Origin: a virus | Lineage: Duplodnaviria > Caudoviricetes | Virus record (IMG/VR): IMGVR_UViG_3300031965_000064 | Span: 1-43,284 of that record | Length of the DNA: 43,284 bases | Reading direction: 5' to 3' (one strand) | In this document: positions 1 to 8,467 of the stretch, piece after piece | Position numbering within the stretch: position 1 is the stretch's first letter | How the letters are laid out: each line of letters starts with the position of its first letter | Notes under the pieces: generated by a model | Told to the model about the DNA's origin: nothing | What the model saw: the letters and a program-made list of their open reading frames with translations, nothing else | Database searches by the model: none | Program-made: the position numbers and the translations under genes

Positions 1-99
1 TACTTCTCGTTAGGTTGCTTTGATGAGCGGGACGCTTCGTACCCTAGTTGGAAAGTTGGACGGTATCCCCGAGCACGTCTTGCTTTGGGTGAACGTGGG

Positions 100-104
100 G
101 CTTG
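100..104. repeat. Left copy of 5-bp target-site duplication GCTTG
   Basis: Directly precedes the terminal TG. Identical to 43158-43162. Mu-type transposases make 5-bp duplications. Confidence 0.93.
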
Positions 105-110
105 TGCAAG

Positions 111-130
111 GCGACACATGGTTTGCGTAC
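111..130 (+). repeat. Transposase-binding site L1
   Basis: GCGACACATGGTTTGCGTAC begins at the 7th base of the element, the same offset as R1. Confidence 0.85.
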
Positions 131-133
131 GGG

Positions 134-169
134 GCGGGATGAAGCGGGATATGGCGGGAGGGGGTGGGA
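134..169 (+). repeat. Four GYGGGA hexamers phased at 10 bp (candidate pac/terminase-binding region)
   Basis: GCGGGA at 134, 144 and 154; GTGGGA at 164. Lies 30-65 bp inside the left end, where Mu has its pac site. Confidence 0.45.
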
Positions 170-178
170 CTGCTAGAG

Positions 179-191
179 GATCAAGGGGTTA
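179..191 (+). promoter_or_regulatory. IHF-like site between L1 and L2
   Basis: GATCAAGGGGTTA vs consensus WATCARNNNNTTR (one mismatch). Confidence 0.45.
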
Positions 192-226
192 GGGCATTCG
201 AGGTCGAGATGGCGCGGGGATGGGCT

Positions 227-246
227 GCGCCACATGGTTTTGGTAC
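227..246 (+). repeat. Transposase-binding site L2
   Basis: GCGCCACATGGTTTTGGTAC, exact reverse complement of R1/R2. Confidence 0.9.
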
Positions 247-257
247 ATCGAGGCCGC

Positions 258-277
258 GCGCCACATGGTTTCAGTAC
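258..277 (+). repeat. Transposase-binding site L3
   Basis: GCGCCACATGGTTTCAGTAC, 18/20 match to L2. Confidence 0.88.
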
Positions 278-292
278 GCGTGGCGGGTGATG

Positions 293-1111
293 TCACGCCG
301 CGCCGGTGGGCGGCGGTGGGGCTGGTTCAGGCGGTGCTGGCGCGTCGTCCTCCTCGGCCTCCCTGGCCCGTTTTCTGTCGGCCGCGCGGGCGGCTTTCTT
401 CAAAAACTCGGCGGCCTGCTTCGCCTCCTCGCCATCGAACACGTCACGCTTTAATACCTCCGATTGGAGCAGCCCGCGCAGCTCCTCTATGTCAACCTTG
501 ACGCTTTGGCTCACGCGCCGAATCTCCCGGCGCAGGGCATTCAGCATCGGCTCATCGAGCAAGAGCGCGGCGACCGAAAATTTGCAGGTCACCTGGCGCT
601 GCAGGAAGAAGGTGGTCATGGATGACTGCGTAAACCCCTCCCGGCTGAGATTGCCCAGGCACTCGATAATCTGTGGTGACTTCGGGCTGCTTTCGAGCAC
701 ATTGAACTCGGCAATCAGCGTCTTGTCGATCGGCTGCTTGAAGTGAATCTTGTACACCTGCCATTGCACCCCGTTCGTGAGCACGGTCCACTCGATGCCC
801 TGGTTCGCGCCGTAGTCTACCGCCTGCTTAACGTGATTCTCCTTGAGCGAGACGCCGATGGCTTTCGCCTCGATCAGGAACCGCACGTCGTTTCCGACCT
901 TGACCGCCAGGTCCACGTAGGTGCCGCGCACGGAATGCTCTGTGGTGATCTCGGTGTATTTCTTATAACCAAGGACATCGGCGAGCATGTCAACGACGAT
1001 CACAACCGTATCCGACTCACTGATATCCCGATTCTTTGCCTCGGCGAGCACGGCCTGATACCTCTTCAGCTGCGCCGCGATCCGATCAGCAACCCTGCTT
1101 GAGATAGACAT
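293..1111 (-). CDS. Stand-alone type I restriction enzyme HsdR N-terminal-like (PD-(D/E)xK) nuclease
   Basis: SESDT..LGY..E...VDLAV...LIEAK...QAVDY...LTNG motif pattern. RBS GGAGG upstream. Confidence 0.8.
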   Translation of the reverse strand: MSISSRVADRIAAQLKRYQAVLAEAKNRDISESDTVVIVVDMLADVLGYKKYTEITTEHSVRGTYVDLAVKVGNDVRFLIEAKAIGVSLKENHVKQAVDYGANQGIEWTVLTNGVQWQVYKIHFKQPIDKTLIAEFNVLESSPKSPQIIECLGNLSREGFTQSSMTTFFLQRQVTCKFSVAALLLDEPMLNALRREIRRVSQSVKVDIEELRGLLQSEVLKRDVFDGEEAKQAAEFLKKAARAADRKRAREAEEDDAPAPPEPAPPPPTGAA

Positions 1112-1158
1112 AGCCCCTCCTCCCTAAAAACGACGGCTAGACCAGTCGGCGTGGTCGA

Positions 1159-1482
1159 TCAGGCGTGATGCCACCAGGCGCCAATTCCACCTGCGAGGTA
1201 GATAACGGCCCCGATGAGCATCCAGGAGATCGAGCCGGTATTGGCCTCCCCGACACCGGTAAAAGCGCACGAGACTAAACCGAGCAGGAACACACCGGCG
1301 CCGACGGCTTGCACGATTTTGTGAGTCTTGCCGGTGGCCTCCGTCGTCACCACGTGGCCAGGCTGCGTCTCAATCGGCGTGACGGCGGCGGGGGCCGCGT
1401 TCATCGGGTTGCCGCAGTGTGGGCATGCGGCGGCTCGGTCGGAGACCTCTTTCTGACACTCGCTGCATTTCACTAGAGCCAT
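1159..1482 (-). CDS. Zinc-ribbon membrane protein
   Basis: MALVKCSECQKEVSDRAAACPHCG zinc ribbon plus two C-terminal hydrophobic segments. RBS GGGAGG. Confidence 0.8.
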   Translation of the reverse strand: MALVKCSECQKEVSDRAAACPHCGNPMNAAPAAVTPIETQPGHVVTTEATGKTHKIVQAVGAGVFLLGLVSCAFTGVGEANTGSISWMLIGAVIYLAGGIGAWWHHA

Positions 1483-1521
1483 ATCCCTCCCCTTAGAATC
1501 GACGGCAGGCCGGGACGCGCG

Positions 1522-1761
1522 TCATCGCGGGGCGACGGTGTCGCCGAGCCGGTCGTCGAGGGCGGCCACCATGCCGCGCGCGAAGGTAGGGTTACGGCGC
1601 GCCTCACCGGCGGCGTTTACGATGTAGTGGCGGCTGCGGTACATGGCGGCGTAGGCGATTCCAATCATGCGGCCCGACCGGGCATCCGCGAGCAGTTCCT
1701 CGAGCGCCCGCACGGTGTCGGGCGATATCTTATTAGGCACCAGGCGAAATGGCGGCTTCAT
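1522..1761 (-). CDS. Hypothetical protein co-transcribed with the repressor
   Basis: ATGA overlap with the repressor stop. Plausible 79-aa protein. Confidence 0.7.
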   Translation of the reverse strand: MKPPFRLVPNKISPDTVRALEELLADARSGRMIGIAYAAMYRSRHYIVNAAGEARRNPTFARGMVAALDDRLGDTVAPR

Positions 1762-2333
1762 TTTCGCTCAGCCTTCTTGCGACGCTCCACTGCGGGCCAG
1801 GTCGTGGGTCCAGCGGCTGCTTTCGACTGGCGCCCCGTTTCCGGGGCGACTGATGGCCGGGCCGGGGCGCTCTTCGACCACTGCGCGAGGAAGGCGTCAA
1901 GCACGCCTTTCTCCGAGCTCGCGCGCGCGATCATGTAATCGTACGCCAGCGCAATCAAGGCGGCGCGCTCTTCCGGCGTAGCGAGCAGCTGCAGCCCCTC
2001 GACCGCCGAGACGACCATCGACATCAGCTCGACGTTCACAGCCTGGTAGCCCGCCGGCGGCTGCTCCGCCCTCGGCTCACTCTGCATCATAGGCCCGGCA
2101 CCGGTGAGTAGTTGTGCTATGTCAATGCCAGCCGCGCTGAGCCGCGCCAGGTGCTTGCCGCCCGGCGTGCGTGCATCGGTTTCGTACTTCTTGTAGGTGT
2201 CGATCGGGATGCCCGCCTTCCTCGCCATGTCCTCCTGGGAGAGGCTCAAACCGGTACGCGCCGCCCGCAGGCGCGAGCCGACCGTTTGAGCCTTCGGCGG
2301 GGTTGCAGCGTTTATAGGCATCGCTGCAACCAT
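1758..2333 (-). CDS. Phage immunity repressor, XRE-family HTH (start at 2333 or 2321)
   Basis: GSRLRAARTGLSLSQEDMARKAGIPIDTYKKYETDARTP XRE HTH. Divergent from ner. The ORF-track extension to 2783 overlaps ner and is not credible. Confidence 0.85.
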   Translation of the reverse strand: MVAAMPINAATPPKAQTVGSRLRAARTGLSLSQEDMARKAGIPIDTYKKYETDARTPGGKHLARLSAAGIDIAQLLTGAGPMMQSEPRAEQPPAGYQAVNVELMSMVVSAVEGLQLLATPEERAALIALAYDYMIARASSEKGVLDAFLAQWSKSAPARPSVAPETGRQSKAAAGPTTWPAVERRKKAERK

Positions 2334-2411
2334 CGCTGCAACCGAGCGATTTTCATAAGTCCCTGATTTCCCGAGAAGTCGCTCTCGGCCCTCCCCCGAA
2401 TCGCTGCAACC
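2301..2411. promoter_or_regulatory. Repeated ATCGCTGCAACC boxes (operator / transposition-enhancer-like)
   Basis: Exact 12-mer at 2320-2331, 2332-2343 and 2400-2411. Inverted GGTTGCAGCG at 2301-2310. Confidence 0.6.
2356..2368 (-). promoter_or_regulatory. IHF binding site
   Basis: Minus strand AATCAGGGACTTA matches WATCARNNNNTTR. Lies between the 12-mer boxes, as in the Mu O1-IHF-O2 arrangement. Confidence 0.6.
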
Positions 2412-2449
2412 TGTTGGACCCAACTGGGTCGCTTCGTGCCCTTTTGTGC

Positions 2450-2478
2450 TTGACAGGTGCCCAATCGGGCACGACAAT
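2450..2478 (+). promoter_or_regulatory. Early promoter Pe with palindromic operator in the spacer
   Basis: TTGACA-17bp-GACAAT. The spacer contains GTGCCC-AATC-GGGCAC. A related palindrome GACCCA-AC-TGGGTC is at 2417-2430. Confidence 0.75.
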
Positions 2479-2489
2479 GGCGCGTCCCT

Positions 2490-2807
2490 ATGGGAACTAC
2501 CCCAGCGCCACAAAAGCCAGCCCCGCAGGACTGGCACCCGGCCGACATTGTCGCAGCAATCTGGAAGCGGCGCATGAGCCTGATTCGGCTCTCGCGCCTG
2601 AACGGTTACGCGGGCGACTCGCTGAAGATGGCGCTGCGCCGGCCGTGGCCCAAGGCCGAGAAGATCATCGCCGCCCACATCGGCATCCCCCCGCAGGCAA
2701 TCTGGCCGTCGCGCTATAACGCTGACGGCACGCCAAAGATTGGGCTTCAATCGCGCACGGCGGTTGCTGAGCGGGCGCGGCATCTCAGAACGAAGAGGGC
2801 CGCGTGA
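2490..2807 (+). CDS. ner: Ner/Nlp-family transcriptional regulator
   Basis: DWHPADIVAAI...SL..LS...G....L..AL.RPWPKAE.IIA..IG..P..IWPSRY signature. Confidence 0.93.
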   Translation: MGTTPAPQKPAPQDWHPADIVAAIWKRRMSLIRLSRLNGYAGDSLKMALRRPWPKAEKIIAAHIGIPPQAIWPSRYNADGTPKIGLQSRTAVAERARHLRTKRAA

Positions 2808-3079
2808 CAGGCAGCTGCGATTCCCGCAAGACCCCTGGTGTGCGCCGCTCGCTGCTCGGCCTGCGCATCCTCCCCAAGCATACCAAGATCGCCGAGGAAA
2901 CCAACGCGGAGCTGCAACGGCTCTGCCATGAAGCCGATAAATCCGAGTCCGATTTTATTGCGACGCTCATCGAGATCCGCTGCCACGGGTTGGCGGTGGT
3001 GCAGAGGATAGAAGCCGCGCGCATTGAAATCGTCTCCGGCTCGTATCCGCCCCGGATCAATTCAGGCTCCAAGGAGTAG
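2804..3079 (+). CDS. Hypothetical early protein
   Basis: GTGA overlap with ner. Fills the gap to MuA. Confidence 0.55.
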   Translation: MTGSCDSRKTPGVRRSLLGLRILPKHTKIAEETNAELQRLCHEADKSESDFIATLIEIRCHGLAVVQRIEAARIEIVSGSYPPRINSGSKE

Positions 3080-3084
3080 CCGCG

Positions 3085-5229
3085 ATGGAAGACAAGAACA
3101 ACGCGCACCACACATCGTTTGTCTCCGTCGCCCAGGTATCGGCGGCATTGGGGATCAGCCGGCAGGCGACCGATAAGCGCTTGGTGGGGATTCCGTTTGA
3201 GCGCGCCGCCGTCGGTGGGAGGCCCAGGCTCTATGCGATTGACATACTGCCGACGGACATCCAAGGGACGATGGCGGCCGCGGCGATCAAGCTGAACGGC
3301 CATCCGGTGCTCGCGCCGGCGCCGGCTGATGACGCGCGGGCCGAAGCGCTGGCGGCGATCTTCGAGGCGAAGCCGGAGAAGAGCAAGGCACGCGCCCGCG
3401 CGGATCTGGCGATCGTGCAGGAGTATCAGCGGCTCAACGCCGGCGGTTACAAGGAGAAGGCCGCGCGCGCCGCCGTCGCCGGCAAGCACCAGGTCCACGG
3501 GTCGACTGTCTGGTCGTTGTGGCGGGACATCAGAGAGGAGCCACCGCACTTGTGGCTGTACCTATTGGTGGACCGCTATCCGGGCCGCACGAGGCGCGCC
3601 GAGATGAGCGCGGAGGCATGGGAGGCGCTCAAGGGCGATTACCTCCGGCGCGAGCGGCCGACCGCGAAGGCATGCGTCGAGCGCGTGATCCGCGCCAACC
3701 GCGAGCAGGGCGGGAACTGGAAGCTGCCGTCACCGCGCACGATGGAGCGCCGGCTCGCGAAGATCCCGCGCATCGTGCAGGTCGTCAACCGCGAGGGGCC
3801 GACCGCCGCGAAGCAGCTCTATCCCGCGCAGCAGCGCCTGAAGCAGGCGCTCACCGCGATCGAGATCGTGAACGGCGACGGCTATAAGCACAACGTGTGG
3901 GTGCGCTTTCCCGATGGCGAGGTGCGCCGCGCGCAGACCTGGTTCTGGCAGGACGTCTACTCATCGAAGATCCTCAACTGGCGCACCGACAAGACCGAGC
4001 ACACCGACGTCATCCGGCTCTCGTTCGGCGACCTGGTCGAGGCGTGGGGCATCCCCGAGGCGGTCGTGATCGACAACACGCTCGCCGCCGCCAACAAGAC
4101 CATGACGGGCGGAGTCAAGAGCCGCTTCCGCTTCAAGATCCGGGACGACGAGCCGCTCGGCGTTTTCCCGCTGCTTGGCGTCCGCGTGCACTGGGCGACA
4201 CCGGCGCACGGCCAGGCGAAGCCGGTCGAGCGCACCTACGGCATCGGCGGCATCGGCGAGTACGTTGACAAGGCGCCCGAGCTCGCCGGCGCGTGGACCG
4301 GTGCCAACACGCTCGACAAGCCGGAGTATGACGGCAAGCACCGCGCGGTCGAGCTGGTGGACCTGGAGAAGGTCATCGCCCGCGAGGTCGCGAGCTGGAA
4401 TGCGCGCGAGGGCCGGCGCGGAGCGATGCAGCAGGGCCGCTCCTGCGACGCCGTGTTCGAGGAATCCTACTCACGCGCCGCGATCCGGCGCGCGACCGAG
4501 GCGCAGCGGCGGCTCTGGCTCCTCGCGACCGAGCCCGTCACGTGCGCGAGCCGCGACGGTTCGATCACGCTCGGCGCCGGGCGCATCGCCGGCGAGCGTG
4601 TCGCGAACCGCTACTGGTCGGTGGAGATGGCCGACCTCGCCGGCCGCCAGGTCGTCGCCCGCTTCGATCCGCAACGCCTGCATCACGGGGTCCATATCTA
4701 CGCTTTAGATGGCCGTTACGTGTGCTTTGCGGAGTGCGTGAAGCCGGCCGCTTTCAACGACGCCAACGCCGCGCGCGAGCACAACCGCGCGCGCAAGACC
4801 TTCCTCCGCTCCGCGCGCGACATGGCGGATGCCGAGACGCGCATGAGCGCGCTCGATGCCGCCAAAGCCTACGCCGCCGGCGGCCCCTCGACGATCCCGC
4901 CACCGCCCGCAGCCCGCTCGAAGGTCGTGCGCGGGGAGTTCCGCGATCCGCTCGAACGTCCGCTGCGCGAGGCGCCGCCCGACACCGATGAAGACCGCGA
5001 AGCGCTCGCCGCTCTTGCGCGCGAGATGGCGGAGGACAAGGGCCGGGTCATCGAAATGGACGACCCGCGCGTGCGCTACCGGCGCTGGAACTCTCTCGAC
5101 CGGCGGCTCACAGCCGGCGAGCTGATCGCGGACGAGGACCGGGCGTGGCACGCCTCCTATCGAGGCAGCGACGAATGGTCCTCGATGGAGTCGATGGCGC
5201 AGGACTTTCCCCAACTCAAGGAGGCGTGA
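3085..5229 (+). CDS. Mu-like DDE transposase (MuA)
   Basis: N-terminal HTH. DDE triad in NGDGYKH / VIDNT / AKPVER. Mu C-terminal RFDP.RLH.GVHIY motif. RBS AAGGAG. Confidence 0.95.
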   Translation: MEDKNNAHHTSFVSVAQVSAALGISRQATDKRLVGIPFERAAVGGRPRLYAIDILPTDIQGTMAAAAIKLNGHPVLAPAPADDARAEALAAIFEAKPEKSKARARADLAIVQEYQRLNAGGYKEKAARAAVAGKHQVHGSTVWSLWRDIREEPPHLWLYLLVDRYPGRTRRAEMSAEAWEALKGDYLRRERPTAKACVERVIRANREQGGNWKLPSPRTMERRLAKIPRIVQVVNREGPTAAKQLYPAQQRLKQALTAIEIVNGDGYKHNVWVRFPDGEVRRAQTWFWQDVYSSKILNWRTDKTEHTDVIRLSFGDLVEAWGIPEAVVIDNTLAAANKTMTGGVKSRFRFKIRDDEPLGVFPLLGVRVHWATPAHGQAKPVERTYGIGGIGEYVDKAPELAGAWTGANTLDKPEYDGKHRAVELVDLEKVIAREVASWNAREGRRGAMQQGRSCDAVFEESYSRAAIRRATEAQRRLWLLATEPVTCASRDGSITLGAGRIAGERVANRYWSVEMADLAGRQVVARFDPQRLHHGVHIYALDGRYVCFAECVKPAAFNDANAAREHNRARKTFLRSARDMADAETRMSALDAAKAYAAGGPSTIPPPPAARSKVVRGEFRDPLERPLREAPPDTDEDREALAALAREMAEDKGRVIEMDDPRVRYRRWNSLDRRLTAGELIADEDRAWHASYRGSDEWSSMESMAQDFPQLKEA

Positions 5230-5234
5230 TCCAT

Positions 5235-5993
5235 ATGGAAGGCATCAAACGGGAGGGGCGTTGGGCGCCCCTTAAAAACGTACTGCTCGCATCGCGCGCG
5301 CTCGAGCGCGCGCTGAAGCGCGAGCCGAACCTGCCCGGCATCGTCGTGCTCTACGGCCCCTCGGGGTGGGGCAAGAGCATGGCCGCGTCCTACTGCGCCA
5401 ACAAACACGAGGGCATCTACATCGAGTGCCGCAGCTACTTCACGCGCAGGACCTTCGTCGAGTCGATCCTGCGCGAGATGGGCATCAAGGCCGGCCGCAC
5501 CGTCGCCGAGATGATGGAGCAGGTCGCCGAGCAGCTCGACCTCTCCAATCGCCCGCTCATCATCGACGAGATGGACCACCTGGTCGACCGTAACGTGCTC
5601 GAGATCGTGCGCGACCTGCACGAAATGTCCCGCTGCACGATGCTCCTGATCGGCGAGGAGCTGTTCCCGAAGAAACTCAAGCGCCGCTCGGAGCGCTTTC
5701 ACAACCGGGTGCTGGTATGGCAGCCCGCGCTGCCGGCTTCCCGCGAGGACGTCCATTTGCTCGCCGGCTTCTACTGCCCGGGCGTCGCGATCGCCGAGGA
5801 CCTGCTCGAGTTCATCCGCAAGAACTCGGCGAACGTCGTCCGCGTCGTCTGCGTCAACCTCGACGCCGTGCGCGAGTACTGCCAGAAGGAAGGGCTCAAG
5901 AAGATCGACCTCGAAGCCTGGGGCAAGCGCTCGCTCTACACGGGCGATGCGCCGGCGCGCGAGCCGCAGGCGCAGCTGAGGGCGGTGTCGTGA
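5235..5993 (+). CDS. MuB-like AAA+ transposition ATPase
   Basis: Walker A GPSGWGKS and Walker B LIIDEMD. Directly follows MuA. Confidence 0.93.
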   Translation: MEGIKREGRWAPLKNVLLASRALERALKREPNLPGIVVLYGPSGWGKSMAASYCANKHEGIYIECRSYFTRRTFVESILREMGIKAGRTVAEMMEQVAEQLDLSNRPLIIDEMDHLVDRNVLEIVRDLHEMSRCTMLLIGEELFPKKLKRRSERFHNRVLVWQPALPASREDVHLLAGFYCPGVAIAEDLLEFIRKNSANVVRVVCVNLDAVREYCQKEGLKKIDLEAWGKRSLYTGDAPAREPQAQLRAVS

Positions 5994-6247
5994 GCGAGAC
6001 GCGCGTCATCCCCGAATCGCTCGATCTGAAGGCGTTGCACGAGCGGCGCAATGGCGGGATCGCGGCGGTGCCGGCGATCATCCGGGCGTTGCCGGTCCCG
6101 GACGACCTGACGGTCCATCTGCATGTCACGTACCGCCACGGCAAGGGGCTCACGAGCCTCCGTCTCATCCTCCAGCCGCGCGAGTGCGAGCAGGTGATCC
6201 TCATGCTGGAAGAGGCGCTCATGCTGATCGGAGGGCGCGATGCATAG
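5990..6247 (+). CDS. Hypothetical early protein
   Basis: GTGA overlap with the MuB stop. Confidence 0.55.
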   Translation: MSETRVIPESLDLKALHERRNGGIAAVPAIIRALPVPDDLTVHLHVTYRHGKGLTSLRLILQPRECEQVILMLEEALMLIGGRDA

Positions 6248-6884
6248 GCCCGCGAGACTCGAACGCGCCGGGGCGTTGACGCCCCGCGATCGCATATGGG
6301 CGGCGATCCGCTGCTTCGGCAAGGACGACACGTTCTCGATTGCGGAGATCATGGTGTTGTCCGAGCAGCGCGACGATACCGCGCTCACCTACGTCAACGG
6401 TCTGGTCAAGGCTGGCCACCTCACGACGACGCTGCTGCAGCGCCGGCCGGCCTGCAGGCCGCGCCGGGAATTCCGTCGCTTTGCGCTCGTGCGCGACGTC
6501 GGCGTCGACGCCCCGCGCGTCACCGGCGAGGGCGAGCCGGTCGAGCAGGGCGGCGGGCGCGATCAGATGTGGCGCGCGGTGAGGATCCTCAAGGAGTTCG
6601 ATTATCGCGAGCTCGCCGCCGCCGCGTCCACCGAGAAGCATCGCGTCTCCCCGGAAGAGGCGCAGACCTACTGCCGCCACCTCAAGCTCGGGGGCTACCT
6701 CGCCGTCACGCGCCCTGCCGCCTTTGGGACGCTCGGCAGGGCGGAGCGGCTGCGCTTCATCCGCTCGCGCAACACCGGGCCGCGCGCGCCACTCGTCACG
6801 CGCGAGAAGCAAGTGATGGACGCCAACACCGGCGCGATCGTCTACGACTCACGGCCCACGCAGTCAACGAAGGAGGCACCATGA
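6240..6884 (+). CDS. Conserved Mu-like early protein with tandem winged-HTH-like repeats
   Basis: Two related units (RDRIWAAIR..F..Y...LVKAGHL / RDQMWRAVR..F..Y...LKLGGYL) plus NTGPRAP. Typical gene after MuB. Confidence 0.75.
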   Translation: MHRPARLERAGALTPRDRIWAAIRCFGKDDTFSIAEIMVLSEQRDDTALTYVNGLVKAGHLTTTLLQRRPACRPRREFRRFALVRDVGVDAPRVTGEGEPVEQGGGRDQMWRAVRILKEFDYRELAAAASTEKHRVSPEEAQTYCRHLKLGGYLAVTRPAAFGTLGRAERLRFIRSRNTGPRAPLVTREKQVMDANTGAIVYDSRPTQSTKEAP

Positions 6885-7654
6885 TCCGACACCACTCCGA
6901 AATTCACGACCGAACGATTCGCCGTTCGGGCGCGCCGCTCGCGGTCCTGCTCGCGATCGTGGTCCTCGGCATCGCCGCATTCCGCGTCACCCCGGCGGCC
7001 GAGCCGTTGCGTCTCGAGGCGCAAGCCGGACAGTGCGAACACGGTCAGGCCGGTCGGGGCATCTGGTGGAACGATGCCTATCCCACCCACATCGATTTGA
7101 CGTCGTCCTGCTGGCAACTCGGGGCGTCCCGGATCGAGCGGCAATATAAGTGGGGGAACCTTGGCTGGCGCGCGGCCTACGTCGATCTAGGACGCTATTC
7201 AGCCGACAACCAGTTCGCCATGCGTGACGACCAGCAGATGACCCCCTTCAACCCGGCGGATTGCCAGCCCGACATGGTGAACTGCATCGGGCGCGGGAAG
7301 ATCAACGGCAGAACCCGGGGCGTGTCGCTGACGGCCATTACTGAACAGACCTGGGGCCAGATGAAATTCGGGCTGGAGGCGGGGGCGTTCGTCTACTACA
7401 ACCGCTTCGACGTGACCGTTGTCCCGGTCTACTCGGGGGACTTCCAACCGGTGAGCTACGCATGGGGCGACTGGCTGATCACGCCCGTCGTCGGTTTCAC
7501 CGGCAACTACAAATACTGGTTCGCGACCCTGCGGACTTACTTCGACGTGAAGGCCCACGAGAACGGCTGCGCGGGCTGCAGCGGAATAACCGACGGCCCG
7601 GCGTGGCAGGCGACGATCGGCGTCTCGGTGCCGTTCGAATTGGGGCGCCGATGA
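6881..7654 (+). CDS. Exported outer-membrane beta-barrel-like protein
   Basis: RBS AAGGAGG. Hydrophobic signal segment. Alternating aromatic strands (GWRAAYVDLG, FGLEAGAFVY, PVVGFTGNY). Terminal strand WQATIGVSVPF. Confidence 0.65.
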   Translation: MIRHHSEIHDRTIRRSGAPLAVLLAIVVLGIAAFRVTPAAEPLRLEAQAGQCEHGQAGRGIWWNDAYPTHIDLTSSCWQLGASRIERQYKWGNLGWRAAYVDLGRYSADNQFAMRDDQQMTPFNPADCQPDMVNCIGRGKINGRTRGVSLTAITEQTWGQMKFGLEAGAFVYYNRFDVTVVPVYSGDFQPVSYAWGDWLITPVVGFTGNYKYWFATLRTYFDVKAHENGCAGCSGITDGPAWQATIGVSVPFELGRR

Positions 7655-8034
7655 TGCTTGACGGCAAGACCAACATCGAGAAGGTCCGCGCCGCCTGGGG
7701 CAAGGCCGCGCCCGAGTGGGTGATCGTGCTCGCGGAAGCGTGCGATGCGCGCGGCGGCAGCCAGACGGCGGTGGCCGCGCGGCTCAACATCAGCGGCTCG
7801 GCGGTGAGCCAGGTGCTCGGCAACACCTACATCGGCCGGCTCGACCGCATCGAGCAGCGCGTGCGCGGCGAGCTGATGAAGCAATGCGTCGCGTGCCCCG
7901 TCCTCGGCGAGATCACCAAGCGCCGCTGCATGGACGAGCAGAGCCGCACGCAGTTCGCCCCCACCAATGCGGTGCGCGTCGAGCTGCGGCGCGCGTGCCC
8001 GCGCTGCCCCAACTTCATGAGGAAGAGCGCATGA
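7651..8034 (+). CDS. HTH regulator with C-terminal Cys cluster
   Basis: SQTAVAARLNISGSAVSQVL HTH and CPVLGEI...C...ACPRCP. Confidence 0.8.
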   Translation: MMLDGKTNIEKVRAAWGKAAPEWVIVLAEACDARGGSQTAVAARLNISGSAVSQVLGNTYIGRLDRIEQRVRGELMKQCVACPVLGEITKRRCMDEQSRTQFAPTNAVRVELRRACPRCPNFMRKSA

Positions 8035-8285
8035 AGCTGAAGCGCCACGCCGACCGCCGCGAGAATCCGAGCTTCTTTCATGGAGGCCGTCGTTTTTTTG
8101 ATCGTGCTCTGGTGCTGCCGCTCGTCGCCGCGCTGCTGGGCCTGGTCGTATGGCTCCAGCCCCAGCCCGCAGCGGCGCCGCAGAACATGGAACCGGATCG
8201 TGACGGGTGCCGGCGGCTCCTGAGTTTCTATTCGGAGCCTCCGGCAGTGCAACAGTTCTGCAATCGGACAATTTATAAACACTGA
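8031..8285 (+). CDS. Small membrane protein
   Basis: ATGA coupling. One TM segment (LVLPLVAALLGLVVWL). Confidence 0.55.
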   Translation: MKLKRHADRRENPSFFHGGRRFFDRALVLPLVAALLGLVVWLQPQPAAAPQNMEPDRDGCRRLLSFYSEPPAVQQFCNRTIYKH

Positions 8286-8467
8286 TGCCCAACATTCTTG
8301 ATTCGAAGTTCAAGTGGGTATCCGCCGCCAAGACCGACGTGCGCAAGACTATTCGGCGCGAGCAGCGGCGGCTCGCGCGGGAAGCCGAGCGTGCCGCGCA
8401 GCACGACGCGGACAACCAGGCCGAGGCCGCGCGCAAAGTCGCGCCGATCGCCAGGAGGAAGCCATGA
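8285..8467 (+). CDS. Hypothetical early protein
   Basis: Overlapping start/stop junctions on both sides. Confidence 0.6.
   Translation: MPNILDSKFKWVSAAKTDVRKTIRREQRRLAREAERAAQHDADNQAEAARKVAPIARRKP

Noticed and set aside
1-99. Identity of the interrupted host locus (also 43163-43284)
   Set aside because: Flanks are too short. No recognisable gene or tRNA.
2334-2783. N-terminal extension of the repressor to 341 aa
   Set aside because: It overlaps ner and the Pe promoter. The HTH starts just after Met 2333/2321.
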